64,000 bases of DNA from Eledone cirrhosa (GCA_964016885.1 OZ024749.1:48112001-48176000); one strand, 5' to 3'; shown: positions 14,173-31,250, numbered from the stretch's first letter. Notes: generated by a model not told the origin, from the letters alone. A program made the numbers and translations.

Positions 14173-14173
<1 letters not shown>
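14025..14173 (+). mobile_element. Fold-back short element, family C (internally deleted copy)
   Basis: Homologous to 29023-29224, 44541-44786 and 47234-47428; lies in (TA)n. Confidence 0.8.
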
Positions 14174-14556
<383 letters not shown>

Positions 14557-14588
14557 ATATATATATATATATATATTTATTATATATG

Positions 14589-14967
<379 letters not shown>

Positions 14968-14997
14968 ATGTATATATATATATATATATATGTATAC

Positions 14998-15198
<201 letters not shown>

Positions 15199-15211
15199 TA
15201 TAAATACATAT

Positions 15212-15242
<31 letters not shown>

Positions 15243-15243
15243 G

Positions 15244-15296
15244 GAGATTCCTGATGATTTCTAAAGAATGAAACATTTCTAGTCCTGTAGAATCTC
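15244..15296 (+). ncRNA. Type I hammerhead ribozyme motif (family D)
   Basis: GAGAUUC CUGAUGA U UUC UAAA GAA U GAA ACA [UUUCUAGUCC] UGU A GAAUCUC: 7-bp stem I, intact core, 3-bp stems II and III, GUA triplet. Confidence 0.8.
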
Positions 15297-15375
15297 ATGT
15301 ATATTAAAACCTTTATACTCTGCTATGTATTAAGTACCTATGTGTGTGTATATATATATATATTTATATATATAA

Positions 15376-15422
<47 letters not shown>

Positions 15423-15459
15423 TCTATCTGTCTCTCTATCTATAATGTTTCTCTCCATG

Positions 15460-15596
<137 letters not shown>

Positions 15597-16722
15597 GTAT
15601 AAGTTAGGAACTAATTACGGTGTAGTGAGAAGTCGTGTCGTTTTTGTCATTGTTATATATACCTCAAATCTAAATGCCTTTCAATTTACGAGTGAAAAGT
15701 CAATAGTAGGTCATCTGTTTTGAATAATCTAAGATTCAGATGTTAAATTTAATAGGCTCAACACTTCCTGGGCGAAATCAAATGAATGCTTCTGTTTTAG
15801 TGTGATTTATTTAATCGACTTCATATATAACAATTTGTGTCTCTCAAACGAATCTAATAAACATTTTTTTGTATCTTATTGTATAGCATTTTTTTCTTTC
15901 CACACAATACTGTCAGGATGTTATCAAAGCTGCTCTGAAAACGAAAACATTGTATGTTTATTTCTCTAATTCTCTTGCTAACACATTATCATGGTTTTAC
16001 TGCTTTCACTCATGTAGGCATTAGGAAAAAATTATTACAAAATGCATTAGTTGTGAGTGTATATTTAGATTTAGAGTTCAAATTGTAACAAGAATTATTT
16101 TTGAAATGATTTAATTTCATCGATTTCACTCATGGTATATAAAATGTGTTCGATGTACCATTTCTTTTCCTAAACAATAGCGTGTTCTGACATCAATTGA
16201 CTTTAGAATAATATACGTTAAACCTAATAAAGTAAATGGTATAATGAGTTAAATTAATTGAATAATACTATTTGTACTTCATTTCCGATACTACTACATT
16301 GATGATTAGTGATATTTATTATATACAATTTATACGCATATGTAATAAATGTTAAGTGTATGATGCCGAATATTACTTCATTTGCAATTATTGTTGACCT
16401 AAACAACATAATTGTTTCTACTTTAGGCACAAGGCCAGCAATTACCCATGCAATTACTGCATCACCTAAACAACATAATGTGGTCCAGAAATATATAATA
16501 TCAAAATATAATATAATATAATATTTTGCAGTAGTGTACTCGGTGGAGTTCTGAATAGAGTGTTAGCTAAGCGTCTTGTGATGTGTGTGTGTGGGGAGGA
16601 GGGATATATATATGTTTCCTAATTTAAGTAGCGTTTATAACTTAATATGTGTAAACCTGTTCCTTTTAACTAATTGCATATAACAAATTTAAGAAACGCA
16701 ATTATGTCATATTTATCCTTTG

Positions 16723-16874
<152 letters not shown>

Positions 16875-16914
16875 GATTATATATTTATAAGCATATATAT
16901 ATATATATATATAT

Positions 16915-17446
16915 ATATTTATTAAAATAACAGATTAGAGTTTAAGCAAAGAATCGCTGCTTTCACCCTTAACGGGATCTTCTGAAACTAACAAAGTCAA
17001 TCCGTAAACGCAGAACTGGATATTTGAAAAAACGTTGCAACCAGAGGAAGACAGGAAGACGATAGTTTGGTTCGTGGAAACGTTCGCTGGCTAAGAACGG
17101 GAAAAAACGAATATAATACGTCATTGCCAGAGAACGTCCCTTTGCACCACCTAAGAGAACATTAGTCTACGACCTCTTTTATACCATAAACGTGGTTCTG
17201 TCTTTGCGCGCAATTGCTTTTCACCGCTCCTATTAACGACGTATTATATTCGTTTTTTTCCCGTTCTTAGTCAGCGAACGTTTCCACGAACCAAAATATC
17301 GTCTTCCTGTCTTCCTCCGGTTGCAACGTTTTTTGAAATATCCACTTCTGCGTTTACAGATTGACTTTGTTAGATTCAGAAGATCCCGTTAAGGGTGAAC
17401 GCAGCGATTCTTTGCTTAAACTTTAATCTGTTATTTTAATAAATAT
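16915..17446. repeat. Long inverted repeat (about 208-bp arms, 115-bp spacer) in (TA)n, probably a Penelope-type inverted pLTR
   Basis: Arms 16915-17122 and 17238-17446 are reverse complements with few mismatches. Confidence 0.85.
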
Positions 17447-17529
17447 TTGCTCTACGGTTCTTATATATTTGATATATATTTATCCTTATCGAGCACTCTT
17501 TGGATTTTAGTCTTCAAATTTATTATTAT

Positions 17530-17593
<64 letters not shown>

Positions 17594-17606
17594 GATTATA
17601 TATTTA

Positions 17607-17668
<62 letters not shown>

Positions 17669-17700
17669 TGTATATATATACATATATACATATATATACA

Positions 17701-17732
<32 letters not shown>

Positions 17733-18619
17733 CACATATATATATGTATATATATATATATATCTTTTTTTTTGTTTACACGTGGGTGGTTTTATTTTGA
17801 AAAAACAGTTGTCCTACATAGCAAGAGGAACTTCGCTGCAGATTTATTCTAAACAAATTAATTATTAAATATGAGCAATATATTATGAAGTAAATCTCAA
17901 TGGATAGATTTCAGTTTCAATGAATTTGTTAATTAACACCACGGAAGCCAAATCAAACCCCATATAAGCAAATCAAAATAAAAAAATGTTTAGTTGGATG
18001 AAAATAATTCTCCCTCACACTATGAAATAAAAATGATACAATGTCATTTTCTCATCGGAAATGAAATATGAATTAGTGTTACACTTTTCTAACACATAGT
18101 GTCTGATCAGATTTTCCAATTTTTGTAGGAATTGGAATAGATTTTGTTAAAGATATAATAAATTCAATGCGATATCAAATAATCAATTAAACATATTAAT
18201 ATTATTAGTAACCGCTTTTTCGCAAACTTATGGCAAGTGGAAATATTAATTACGTTAAAAATCAATCATCGTTCATTTCCCATTTAGTAAACTATAATGA
18301 AATTTATTAACTTTATATTCTGAGATAATTAAATAAAATTATATATTTATATTATAAAAATTATCTTGAAAAAATTGTGTAAATTTTCATTTAGTGGAAT
18401 ACGAATATTTTTATGATAATGTCATGGCAATATCGCTTGAGACACTCGGTTATTTACCGACTAATATCAACATATATACTATTGATATTATAATTACAAA
18501 CATTTGCTACTTCACGACATGTTGAAAGGTTTGTAGGTAGATATTTCCATTTACAAGCCTCCAGGCGAAAATTGCATTATATTTTTGTCAGAAATGGGTT
18601 TTTATACATTTATTCTATA

Positions 18620-18812
18620 AGTAGCGAAATGCTAGGAGATTAAATGTTTTGGTATTATCTTAACGTCATCAGTTCAAATCTCATCGACACAAAAATGCAT
18701 TTCATCCTCCGGGGTCAATATAGTGAAGCCGATGTCAAGCACTGGGTTCGATGTAATCGACGTATCCCGCCGCCACAAAAATTCCTTCTCTTGCGCCTAA
18801 ATACAAAGAAAA
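18620..18812 (+). mobile_element. Diverged SINE, family 1
   Basis: agttcaaatc..tttcatcctccggggtcaata..gcactgggttcgatgtaatcgac. Confidence 0.6.
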
Positions 18813-19565
18813 ATCCTAATTCTTTTCGAACGAGTGACATGTTTTCTTTATTTTAGATTTTCGTATTATTTAGATCTATGGGAGCAATGTATTAAAGCTA
18901 CATACAAAATGCATTGCCTTGGAACATCCGCATTCATGGAGGCTTAAGAAATTGAATAACTGCTGCATAGTTACAATGCTGTATCACCAAATATTTAATG
19001 TAATTTTTTTAAAATAGAGCTAATACGTTTCTTCATTTATGTTACGGTTTGATATAGTTTAAAATTTTGCAAAGGCTAACGTTCACACAATTATACATGT
19101 TTTCTATATTCCTACATGAGTCCTATCGTACGATCATGCTTTGTATCAATAACATTTTTTTATATTTCCTTTGAGCGGTATATGTTTAGATTAAATATTC
19201 ATTTACGCAAGATTATTGAGCAACTACTGAAATGTGCATTCCATTTATGTTGTAGAAGTTATGGTGTATTTCCGTTTCAGATGTTAGTGTGATATATATG
19301 ATCAAAGTACTCCTAGTCGATATTATTCAGTTCTCTTTCCAGATATTTCATTTTCATGGTTTAAAATATATAGAATGGAAATATTTGATTTCAGAAATAT
19401 ATAGAAGTGACTTATGATTAAATGCTTACGTTTGTAAAAACCTTTCATAATTTCAAATATTTTAATGGCAAGAATTAAATAGCTAATATGCATAGATTTG
19501 TTCCATGGCAGTAGAATAAGTCATCAGACAGCTTTTACAGCATGTCCACACACACAACCCCTCCC

Positions 19566-19608
<43 letters not shown>

Positions 19609-21200
19609 AATATATATATATAAGTATGTGTGTATATATGCATATAATCTATGTATAAATATATATATATATATATAAATATATATAAATATATATATAC
19701 ACAAATATGTCTGTGTATATATAAACATATATACATATATTTATATATATATATATATATATATATGTATACATGTGTATGTATTAATGCATGTAAGCAT
19801 GTATATATGCTTTTTTGTGTCTACATCTATTTAATTGTCTCAAAATAATTAATCTCGGTAGACAATTATATAGCCATGTGTATTAATTGTATACTACATT
19901 TATTAATTTTCGGCAAATTAGTTTTCTCTTAGTTGCTTTGGCCCAAACTGATCCATTTCTACTCTAATATATCACCTCAAGATCTATTATGAATTGTGTG
20001 GTTACAAATGCATCGGAATGTTTTCAACAATGGTTGAGTAGTTGAATACGTTAACCAGACTTCTATATATATATATCATGAAGCTACTTGTATTGCTAGT
20101 CTATATTTCTTTCTTTGAGGACTGTATTTGAAGTCTATTTATTCTTATTGTTCCGTGTTTATTAAATGCATAACATTCAAATATAGTGTAGGTTATTTAA
20201 CACGCCCGTGCATAATTATTTCTGAATTTAAATGAACATGAATTCTCTTGTTATGGACAACCTGATTCATTCACGAACATTCCAGCATTTTATCCAATTC
20301 AAATGTATTACTATTGTACTTAACAATGATATTATAATCGTAAACACTCATCAATATGTCTGTGCATCAGGACATCTATTTCTTTTAGAATGGTATACTC
20401 TATTAAATATTACTTTTAATTATTATATCTTTGTTTCACAAAATATCAGTTAAAATGTTCATGCTAATGTATTATCCATTGGAGCGAGAATCACATGTAT
20501 TCCAGTCAATTATATTTCCCATTTTTTCTTGTAAGTAGGACTAGGTTCTCTAACATGCTTCGTTTAAAAGAAAATAGATTTGAGGAAGATTATACTGGTA
20601 TTCCTTACAATAGATTGATCATAGTGTTGTTCCCTTGATGGTCCTTAACAAAAATGGTGTATTTATTAAACACAAATCTATTGTATTTACCATTTAAAAT
20701 ATATTATTCCGAAAGATACTGAAATATGTATGGAAACTGAATGAATGTACAATAATATATAATTCTCAATTATATTTGGAGACATTGCTCTTGAATATTT
20801 CTCATTCCGACCAGACGTTGATTGAAATATTTTGGCGACATCTTTTTCCGATCGATTATATAAACTGAATTAACATATGCTAGCAATGGAGCATAATATT
20901 TTAAGGTAAACATTTTTGTAAATATAACAACACTTTCCTGTATATTTTTGTCATATTTTCAAAAATAGTTTCCTTAATTTGCCTCGTAAGAAATATGTTT
21001 CTGTCATCTATATTCGAAACGATAAAAATACCGATATAATATATTTTCGAATTCATGAGTTATTATGCTGTGATTACATTGTCAGGCTCGCTGTCTATAT
21101 CATGATTTTCCGGAAATATATGCGAATTTAATTATAAAAATACCAAGTAACCTTTAAGTCTGACATCCGTTAGTCTAAATGTTCACAATTATAAATTACT

Positions 21201-21392
21201 TGGGCGGTGAATTGGCAGTATCGGTAGAGGGTTGGACGCCATGCTTTGATGCATAGAGTTACGGCTCTTGTCATTCTGAGTTCAAATCCCGCCTATGTTA
21301 ACTTTGCCTTTCATCCTTACGGGGTCGATAAAATAAAGTACCAGTAATGCACTGGGATAATTGCTGGCCTTGTGCCAAAAGTAGATACAATT
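21201..21392 (+). mobile_element. Full-length SINE, family 1
   Basis: Same A/B boxes, core and tail as the 6262 copy. Confidence 0.85.
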
Positions 21393-21482
21393 ATAATTTA
21401 CTACTGAAGATATATTGATTTTTGATATATAATAGATAGTATATTTGGCTCACAATGCAAACAGAGTTCTGTAACTTCTAGC

Positions 21483-21548
<66 letters not shown>

Positions 21549-22223
21549 ACTTACGTATGATGCCTGTTGCTCTTAGTTTCGTTTACCATGAAAGTAGAAT
21601 AGATAAGGCATACTTTAGTTCATAATATATTTAACCACAGCACGCCATTAGGGTATACAATATATCATTGTGTGATTCCGTTCTCCTTTACATAGCTATA
21701 TTAAACGTAATGAGTTAGCAGAATATTTATATTCTACTTATAAACTATCAGAATACTTATATTCTATCAGTGACGTTTGTCGAACTGATGGCGTAAAGAG
21801 AAGTTTATATCTTTGAGCATGTGAGTTCGGTAGATAATTCATGTATATTACACATTGCACAATGTTATGGTATCTTATGGGTTCTACTATTCCCAATTTT
21901 CAGTTTGAACGATGGTGTGTTTTTGCAATACAGTTTAAATGTTAGGATATACGTTATAAATAATTAATTTCTAGATATCAAAGTATGCATGTAAGATGCG
22001 ATGTAATACATTTCCATTGAATCAAATCAAACAAATACATTTTAAATTCCCCTCAATCAAACATTATTTATTTTTATTATAATAAACAGAGTATAACATT
22101 TCTTATGTAACTCAGGAATTGATATGAAAAAATATTTATTTCGCACAGATTTATGTGACGGACGAGCGTTACATTTCTAGATTATTAAGGTATATATCTC
22201 ATATATATATGTATATATGTATA

Positions 22224-22355
<132 letters not shown>

Positions 22356-22744
22356 AATTTTCGATATTTATCTATGTGTGGTGTGCAATATTATTGACAA
22401 CATAATTAACAAAATATGAATCAACATTTTAATTTCATTTTCCGTTTTACAATACACTAATTAAGAGATATATTAAATGCTGAGCGCATAGAAAATCAAA
22501 CTTCTTTTCTTTATTATTAAGAAATTAGTAAATAGTTGTATATCATACATAAAAATAATGCGAAGATTATAGCGTTCTTTTTTATATTTTTCTTTTGTGT
22601 GAATTCGAATTAAGTAGACGTGCAATCATACACATTATTATGACACATACCAGTGCATTAACTTTTGTGAAAAGTTGTGTACGTATATATACATACATAT
22701 GTGTATGAATGTATATATAGCATACATATAAACAACATAAAAGA

Positions 22745-22785
<41 letters not shown>

Positions 22786-22889
22786 TATACATATATGCTC
22801 ATATTATACATATAAATATAAATATATGCATATATTATATATATATATATTATATATATATATTTATATACATATATATATATATGTAA

Positions 22890-23126
<237 letters not shown>

Positions 23127-23459
23127 ATCTTAAACACTGAACAAACAGGGTAATGCATTTCAAACGTTTAGTTCAACGGAATTAAATATTTAATTCACAA
23201 CCCACTATACTCTCTCTCTATCTCTACTTTACTCATCTCAGCATTAATTTGCTTTATTTATATGAAAAAGTCCATAGACTTATGCAATCACTTTACGATT
23301 TCGTACGTTAGAAATTCTAAACTTTCTGCCGCTTTATATTTACACATTTGGGTAGAAGGGATATAAATATATTTCTGTATTATTATAATAAATTGCATCT
23401 CCTCAACTTGTTCTTTTTTCCTGATGCACATAAACCTTTTAAAAACATTGCTCTGGGAG

Positions 23460-23495
<36 letters not shown>

Positions 23496-23522
23496 CATGT
23501 GTACATATATATATATATATAT

Positions 23523-23712
<190 letters not shown>

Positions 23713-23750
23713 GTGTACATACATATATATATATATCCATATATATCCAT

Positions 23751-23805
<55 letters not shown>

Positions 23806-23807
23806 AA

Positions 23808-23927
<120 letters not shown>

Positions 23928-24937
23928 TTATACCTAATTATCAAAACTGCTGGGCACTTTATTATCTCTAAGCCTGGGAAATAATTACTGACAATAAAAC
24001 ACTTATACTGCAATGAACAACTTGGCTAACCAGAAATAATTCTATAACTAAATGATAACATGTTATTAAGATTATAATACACCTATATATATACAAAACC
24101 AACCTCTATCATATGCATATATTATATACATTGTTATAGAACGAGCTATAGCAAAATTTGTTCTTCCTCTAAAAATACATATCGGAAAATTGGACATTAT
24201 TTTGGAATAAGATCTAAAGGCCGTAATTAAAACCAAACATTTTGATTATGGAACAGCGAATAAAACTTTAACTTATAAACTCAACGTTATTGTAGGCAGT
24301 CTCTTACTACTGCAGATAAAATATTCGGGAATGTTCTGAGCAAATAGGACATATAATGTTAAATCCATAATAAATATCGTTGCTATTTCATAATTTTATT
24401 AATATAAACGAAACAGAAACCACCATCTAATTTACAGTATGTAAACTATAGGAATATTGAAAAAAAAGTTGATATATAAAGCTTTAATAAAGGAACGATT
24501 TAAATATCCCAATAAAATACTAGTTGAGTAGAGACGAACACACAAAATATAACTTTATATGAGAGCTAATGTAATTACACTTAATTGTGATGTATATGAT
24601 ATATAAATACAAATGCATATGTATTGCATGCAGTTGTTAACTGAACTTTTTGTAGATCGTAATGTTAGTGCGGAAATTGCTGGAACAAATCGACTAAATC
24701 CTTGATTTCGTACATATAGCTTCGAAGCGTTTGACACATTTTGTGCAACACTACGCCAATGATACGAATTATATTCGATCTTTACAAACAATGCTTGTGA
24801 AAAGTGGAAAGAGGTGTCTCTTCACCTTTCCCACCCATCGGGTGCACCTTACCAGATTTTCCCAATTATTATTCATAATGATCGAATATGCATATCGAAA
24901 AAGTAATGTTATGAGGGGACGCCCACCTTTCACATTT

Positions 24938-24982
<45 letters not shown>

Positions 24983-26999
24983 GTGTGTGTGTATGTGTAA
25001 GTATGTAAATGTACAGGTTTTCCCTAAATAATGTAAATTATAAATTATTTCCAGAATATTTATCTAGTTTATGCTTTTCTCGTTTCTAATGTTTGTAAGT
25101 GATAAAAGGACAGCTACATTTCTAGAATGATGTTCTGCTTATTTAAGTTAATATTCACTAAAATATAAATTGAAATTATGATGTTAATTACTTTACAAAA
25201 TTAATTCTAATTACATCAATGACGTGTATTATTTATGTAATGATCAATTAAAAACTATAATATAATATGCCTCTCTATCCCTCTTGTAACACACATACAA
25301 TCATCATCTACAAACTAATATAATCCTTTGTACACAATGTAGTTCTCACATCTATTGAAATACCAATATCAACTAAAAGCAATCCTTTTATTTCTTTTTA
25401 GATATGAATTTAATTAACAATATCAGCTCGCTCATGATTTGGTACAGGTTCCCTCTATGTCGTATATTTTCTCCGAAATGTTTATACGTCCCTCAATATA
25501 TCTAAACACATCATGTCATATTTTGAAGATTTTATTTTTTTCGGGATATGAATTTTAACTTCTTGATATGAAAATAGAAATTGAAAATATAACTATATAT
25601 TATTTCGAAAATTATCTATATATCTCATCCAACACACTCCACACATATTACAGACTAACGAAGTTATATTTTTCATCAAACGCATTTTAAAGGGAAAACG
25701 TAACTGTTTGATATTTATCTATATAAATTCTTTAAAATGTATATATGGTATATCATACACCTTTCATATATGATAATGTTTTATCTTAAAAAAAATTATT
25801 AAAATCATTTCTAATCTAATAAGTATACATCTAATACATATATATAATGAATAACCGATATAAAATACAATTTGCTGTTTAACTGAATTATTATCAAGTT
25901 GTATAATTAATCTGTATTAATTATATTTCATATATATGACATAAATCTAATACGTGTCATTGTTGTAATAAAGCAAACACAAACGACATTATCGATGATA
26001 ATTGGTAATATAATACTTTTAATCAAATATTTATGTTTCGTTACTTTCCACTATATAGTTATTTGACTTATAATATATCTCCTTACACATTTACTTCTCT
26101 CTCTTACCTCTTTTAGCAAGAATATCGCACGTAGAAAATAGAGAAAATGTATAGAGGAAAAAAAAAACAGTCGCAGATTTGAAGGAAGAGAGTCCACAAG
26201 ATATATTAGAGAAGATTTATGATTGATAATGTAAGAATAATGATATATAAGAAATCGAAAAGAAAGTATAGACGAAGTATATTTAGATGTGTAAGTGGTA
26301 GTAGGAGCGAAAAACTAATGAGTTCACTAAAGATATGTCCAAGACACTAAAGAATATTAATTAAGAGAGAATATAGACCGAAAAAAGAACAAGAAAGATA
26401 TCAGAGTATAAAAAACATAACGAGATGTAGCGAGATATGGAAGATTGTTTTCGAAGAGATGGTAAAGGGGGAAGAGAAAAGTAAAGATAGAAACACTGAC
26501 CAAAGCTGAAAAATCGTCGGAAAGTTGGTGAGTGAAGTCTTTGTTTGATCGATTTTTTTGGATAGAATTAGAGTATTTTTTAATTGGAGGGGGGAGAAGG
26601 GAGGTAGCAGCAGAAAAAATCATAAAAAATAATTAGTAAATAAATCATAAAAAAAATAATAAAAAGACGGGCATAGAGACAGACCGAGACAGAGAGAGCG
26701 TAGAGATATATAGAGATAGATAGTAGTGAAAAAAAGAAATGGCAGAACAAAGAACTTGGACAGAGTGAGACAGGTTTACACCAGCGTCATGCATATTACT
26801 ACAAATGTGTGAAAACAGAAAAAATATGTACAAAAATACAAGAGAAACAATCAAACTTTTTGTGTTAATTTTTCAAATTGCTTAATTGTTTTGATTTTTT
26901 ACTTTTTTCAGATTTTATTTAATTATTTATTTATAAATTTTATTTAGTTTTGTAACGGTGGGTTAGAAACACATGAAAATTAAACTAGACTCGACTGAC

Positions 27000-27185
27000 C
27001 TTTCGTAACAGGTGAAACTAACAACAGATTCACCAACGCCGCCCCATGACCATGTCCGAACAGCGTCACCCTCTGCTTGTCGCCGTTGAAGCTCTCAATG
27101 TTTTCCTTCAGCCAATGTAACGCTGCGATTTGATCAAGTGTGGCGTAGTTACCAGAGGCAGTACCATCCCCCGTGCTCAAGAAAC
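27000..27185 (-). CDS. NLGN: Neuroligin coding exon (186 bp, phase 1/1)
   Basis: Encodes (G)FLSTGDGTASGNYATLDQIAALHWLKENIESFNGDKQRVTLFGHGHGAALVNLLLVSPVTK(G). Splices in frame to the 50606-50755 exon (VLG|FLSTGD). FGHGHG replaces the esterase FGESAG, so there is no catalytic Ser. Acceptor aacag|GT, donor AAAG|gtcagt. Confidence 0.95.
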
Positions 27186-27550
27186 CTGTTATAATTATAA
27201 ACAAAAATAATTTCATTTGACTATGATTATGTATGCAAAATCGTAAACAGAAAATAAACAACCATTTTAGCACGATATTCATTTTAGAAAGGGCGTAAAT
27301 GTGACTGCATTCCACACGTTTCATGAAGAATCCTTATATACCGGAGTTGTGTATCGACTCGTTTGTACAATGTGTATATATAACCTTATATTATTTTAGA
27401 TTGCAAAATTAAAAAAAATTAATTTTGTAGAAAAAAGAACTATAATTCTAGTGAATTTTTGTATCTGTAATTTGCGTTGTTTCAATGTTAGAATAATATT
27501 TTAATAAATCTTAAATAAAAAATACCGGGACCATTAATTATATAAACATC

Positions 27551-27740
27551 AGGGCGGTGGATTGGAAGTAAAGGTAAAGTGTCGTACACTATGCCCCGCG
27601 GCATATATTATGTGGTGAATTCACAATCCAGGGAGATTAGCTATGCTTTTTATCCTACGGGGTCGATCACATAAAACCTAAGTATTGCACTGGGATCGAT
27701 GTAATCGACTTGCCCCACCCCTGAATGAGAAAACATTATT
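27551..27740 (+). mobile_element. Diverged SINE, family 1
   Basis: gggcggtggattgg..tttatcctacggggtcgat..gcactgggatcgatgtaatcgac. Confidence 0.7.
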
Positions 27741-28488
27741 TAGAGAAACATTTTTATATGCTGTGATCGTACAGACGTTAGAGCAATTCCCCAATACGAT
27801 ATGAGGAAATCGCTGCTATGAGGAAATGAAAATTGAACACTAATATTATCTAAGTTACTAATATAATTGATGCGGCCAAATCATATGTGCCAACACAATC
27901 AAGAAATTTGATAAAATGTTTAATTGAATCTGTTCGTTTACCGCATTTACGATATCTCATCAGAGAAGTGTTTATATTTCGGTAATTTTTCGCATACGTT
28001 TGATATGTCTATCTAATAAGTATCATATATTTTGTACAAATTGTAATGGCTGATTGCCAAATTATTTTTACACATGTCCAATTTCAATTCCCTTTAATAT
28101 GAATTTGATTAATTTAAAATCAATGAAGAATCTATTTTAGTTTTTAAGAATTCCTCATAATTTCTGCTATTTTAATTTTTACTTAATTTATATCATGCTT
28201 TAATGTTATACTCTTTTAATATTTAATTAAATTGTAAATTTTAAACATTAGCAAGATTCGTAATTGTTAGTTCAAATAATTAACCTTCTAATCATGGTGG
28301 AATTTCATGGAATTTTACTATAAATATTCTTGTCATATGCGAGGGAAAAGTTATGAAAAATGAAAAAAAAAGATGTGAGACCAGTTGCCGCAAAGAACAC
28401 CTGTATTTTGCACAAACCTCTCACAGTATTCATTATTGACAATATCAACAGTATGTGTGTTCGTATGTATGTATTTACGTGTGCGTCA

Positions 28489-28533
<45 letters not shown>

Positions 28534-28548
28534 CTCATTCTACAACTG

Positions 28549-28700
<152 letters not shown>

Positions 28701-28955
28701 ATGTGTGTTTGTTTTTTTATGTATCCGGATAAATACATACATTTGTCCGGGTATATATAATGATATAGAGCTATAAAAAAACATTAGTTTAATAATTCAT
28801 AGTGTAGTAACAGCGACTTAAATATATAAATGTATATACATATATATTATATAATATCATACACCCAACTACACACACACACATATGTATATGCCTACAT
28901 TTACTAGCATCTACACAGCCATCATATTCTCCAGATATTTTATATATATATATAT

Positions 28956-29022
<67 letters not shown>

Positions 29023-29025
<3 letters not shown>

Positions 29026-29221
29026 CGAAGGAGTTGTAGTAAGGAACCAGATTGACCATAACGCAGCAGAGTACTCAATACTTAGTGTAGTAGAGTGGGT
29101 AATATGAGAAAATATGATCCCAACGCCGAGCTCAAGCTGTTTCGACGGCTATTTCTGGACAATTTAGTTCAGAAATAGCCGTCTATACGGCTTGAGCTCT
29201 GCCGTCGGGGTCATACCTTCT

Positions 29222-29224
<3 letters not shown>
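29023..29224 (-). mobile_element. Fold-back short element, family C
   Basis: Asymmetric hairpin centred near 29163, flanked by (TA)n on both sides. Confidence 0.85.
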
Positions 29225-29257
<33 letters not shown>

Positions 29258-29260
<3 letters not shown>

Positions 29261-29812
29261 CTGTATTTGGGAGCAAAGATTGTGAATACGGAAGATGATG
29301 TGTTTTAGAGGAAGAGCAAAGCCAGGGCGGCGTGTCACAGTTTGAGATCGGTGTGGAAGTCGGACCTTCGTAAAGACCTGAAAATCTTCATTGCTGTAGT
29401 GGATTCTGTGCTGCTGTAAGGGTCTGAGACTTAGAAACTAACCAAGAAACTCACTCAGATGGTGGATGGGTGCTACACGATAATGTTGAGGAGGGCTCTG
29501 AACATTAAACAGTATACACTGAGGATGAAAAACTCAGAGCTGTATGGGAACCTCCCAAACGTCAGCTCAAAAGTGACACAGAGGAGAGTGAGGTTAGCTG
29601 GACATGCTCGCCGAATCCAGAGTTGACATTGCACTCAGTGGTCCTGTGGGAGCCCCTAATGGACACGCTGGAAGAGGAAGACCAAGGTTAACGTATGTTG
29701 ATGCCCTAAGGACAGACACTGGTCGGTTGGAGACGCTGTACATGGTAGCGATAATGAGGGACAGAGACCGCTGGAGAGAACTCGTCCATGGATCTCGGGA
29801 ATTTTACCCGCC
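29258..29812 (+). mobile_element. 5'-truncated RTE LINE 3' fragment
   Basis: FLYLGAK..GRGRPRLTYVDALRTDTG..; inverted homolog of 12927-13490; flanked by (TA)n. Confidence 0.9.
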
Positions 29813-29880
<68 letters not shown>

Positions 29881-29884
<4 letters not shown>

Positions 29885-30065
29885 GAAAATTGCAAACTTG
29901 ACTGTCACCACACCTTATGAACCTGAAGATTGCGAAAGCATGAAAGTACTTGTTCAATTAACACTTAACATTTAATATTCCACCATACTATTTCATTCTA
30001 ATACCATTATAAATTTTAAAGGATTGTAAATAAAACGAGTAAATCAGACAAAATTGGAATTCCTT
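29881..30065 (+). mobile_element. HHR-bearing Penelope-like repeat, family A
   Basis: Reverse-complement match to 11700-11885. Confidence 0.75.
29918..29956 (+). ncRNA. Minimal type I hammerhead ribozyme motif
   Basis: Identical over 39 nt to the 11810-11848 motif; predicted cleavage after 29951. Confidence 0.8.
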
Positions 30066-30132
30066 CTATTAATATATATATACATATTTATATATATATA
30101 TATATGTGTGTGTGTGGGGGGGGGGGGCGTAT

Positions 30133-30181
<49 letters not shown>

Positions 30182-30808
30182 TGTGTGTGACATATGCTAA
30201 ATTTTATAATGCGTTTTAATGAAATATATTAACCTATGCCATTTCGTTCAGATTAGAATAAGAATACCAATGTACATACGCATAACTCATTATAGAAAAT
30301 ATATAAACTAATAACCATAATTTTGGAGAGCCAATATTACTCTATTATTATTCAAATATAATAATTTATTCAGTGTGTCCTTAACAAAATAGGTTCAGTT
30401 CTGCTGTTAATCATTAACTATTTGCATCTTCAGGGAATAAGAATCATCGTTATCTATGTTTGCCTTGTAATACAAGCTTCTAGGGCATATGTGAGGGAAA
30501 CGAAATTAATAGAGAATGCTACGATATATAAATAATTAACAAGAGTAATGCTGTTTGCCGAACGTTAAACAATTTACGATAGGAATACATAATCAAACAT
30601 TCCAGACAATGGAAACTATTATCATGAGATAATTGAGTTGTATGATTCATTTGGTAATTCGAATATAACACAAGATATGTCATGCTTGCTAATGACAACT
30701 GTCAATTGTTCGTATTCCTTATTCTTGTTAATATTGGTCAAGTTCCCAATGGAACCAAAGTAGTATTGTAGCCGTTTAGCCATTTAAATGGAAATTATCA
30801 GGTACAGT

Positions 30809-30952
<144 letters not shown>

Positions 30953-31250
30953 AACGTATGGCACAGTTCCAGTCTTATAATTGTTGTGTCTGTCACTATA
31001 ACATTTTGTGTGAGGACATTTTCCTTGGTTAGCAGGTCAGGACACAGACCTGCTGGTAACTGAAATAGACAACAGCGAGCCATCTGTTGCCACGATCGAT
31101 ATGTGATGCATATATATGAAATTGAATTAACGTTGCGTGTGCACATGTGTTTCATGTATATACACATTCATCTATACATATATATAGATATAGTGAGTTA
31201 GAAACTCAGAGTAGTCTCTTACAATTAAATAGCTCTAATAAAAAAATATT

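Noticed and set aside
26770-26850. Acceptor-like site with a TGCATG (Rbfox) motif about 200 nt after the 186-bp exon
   Set aside because: Possible exons of 17 or 19 nt shift the frame and read-through meets TAA; one hexamer is not enough evidence
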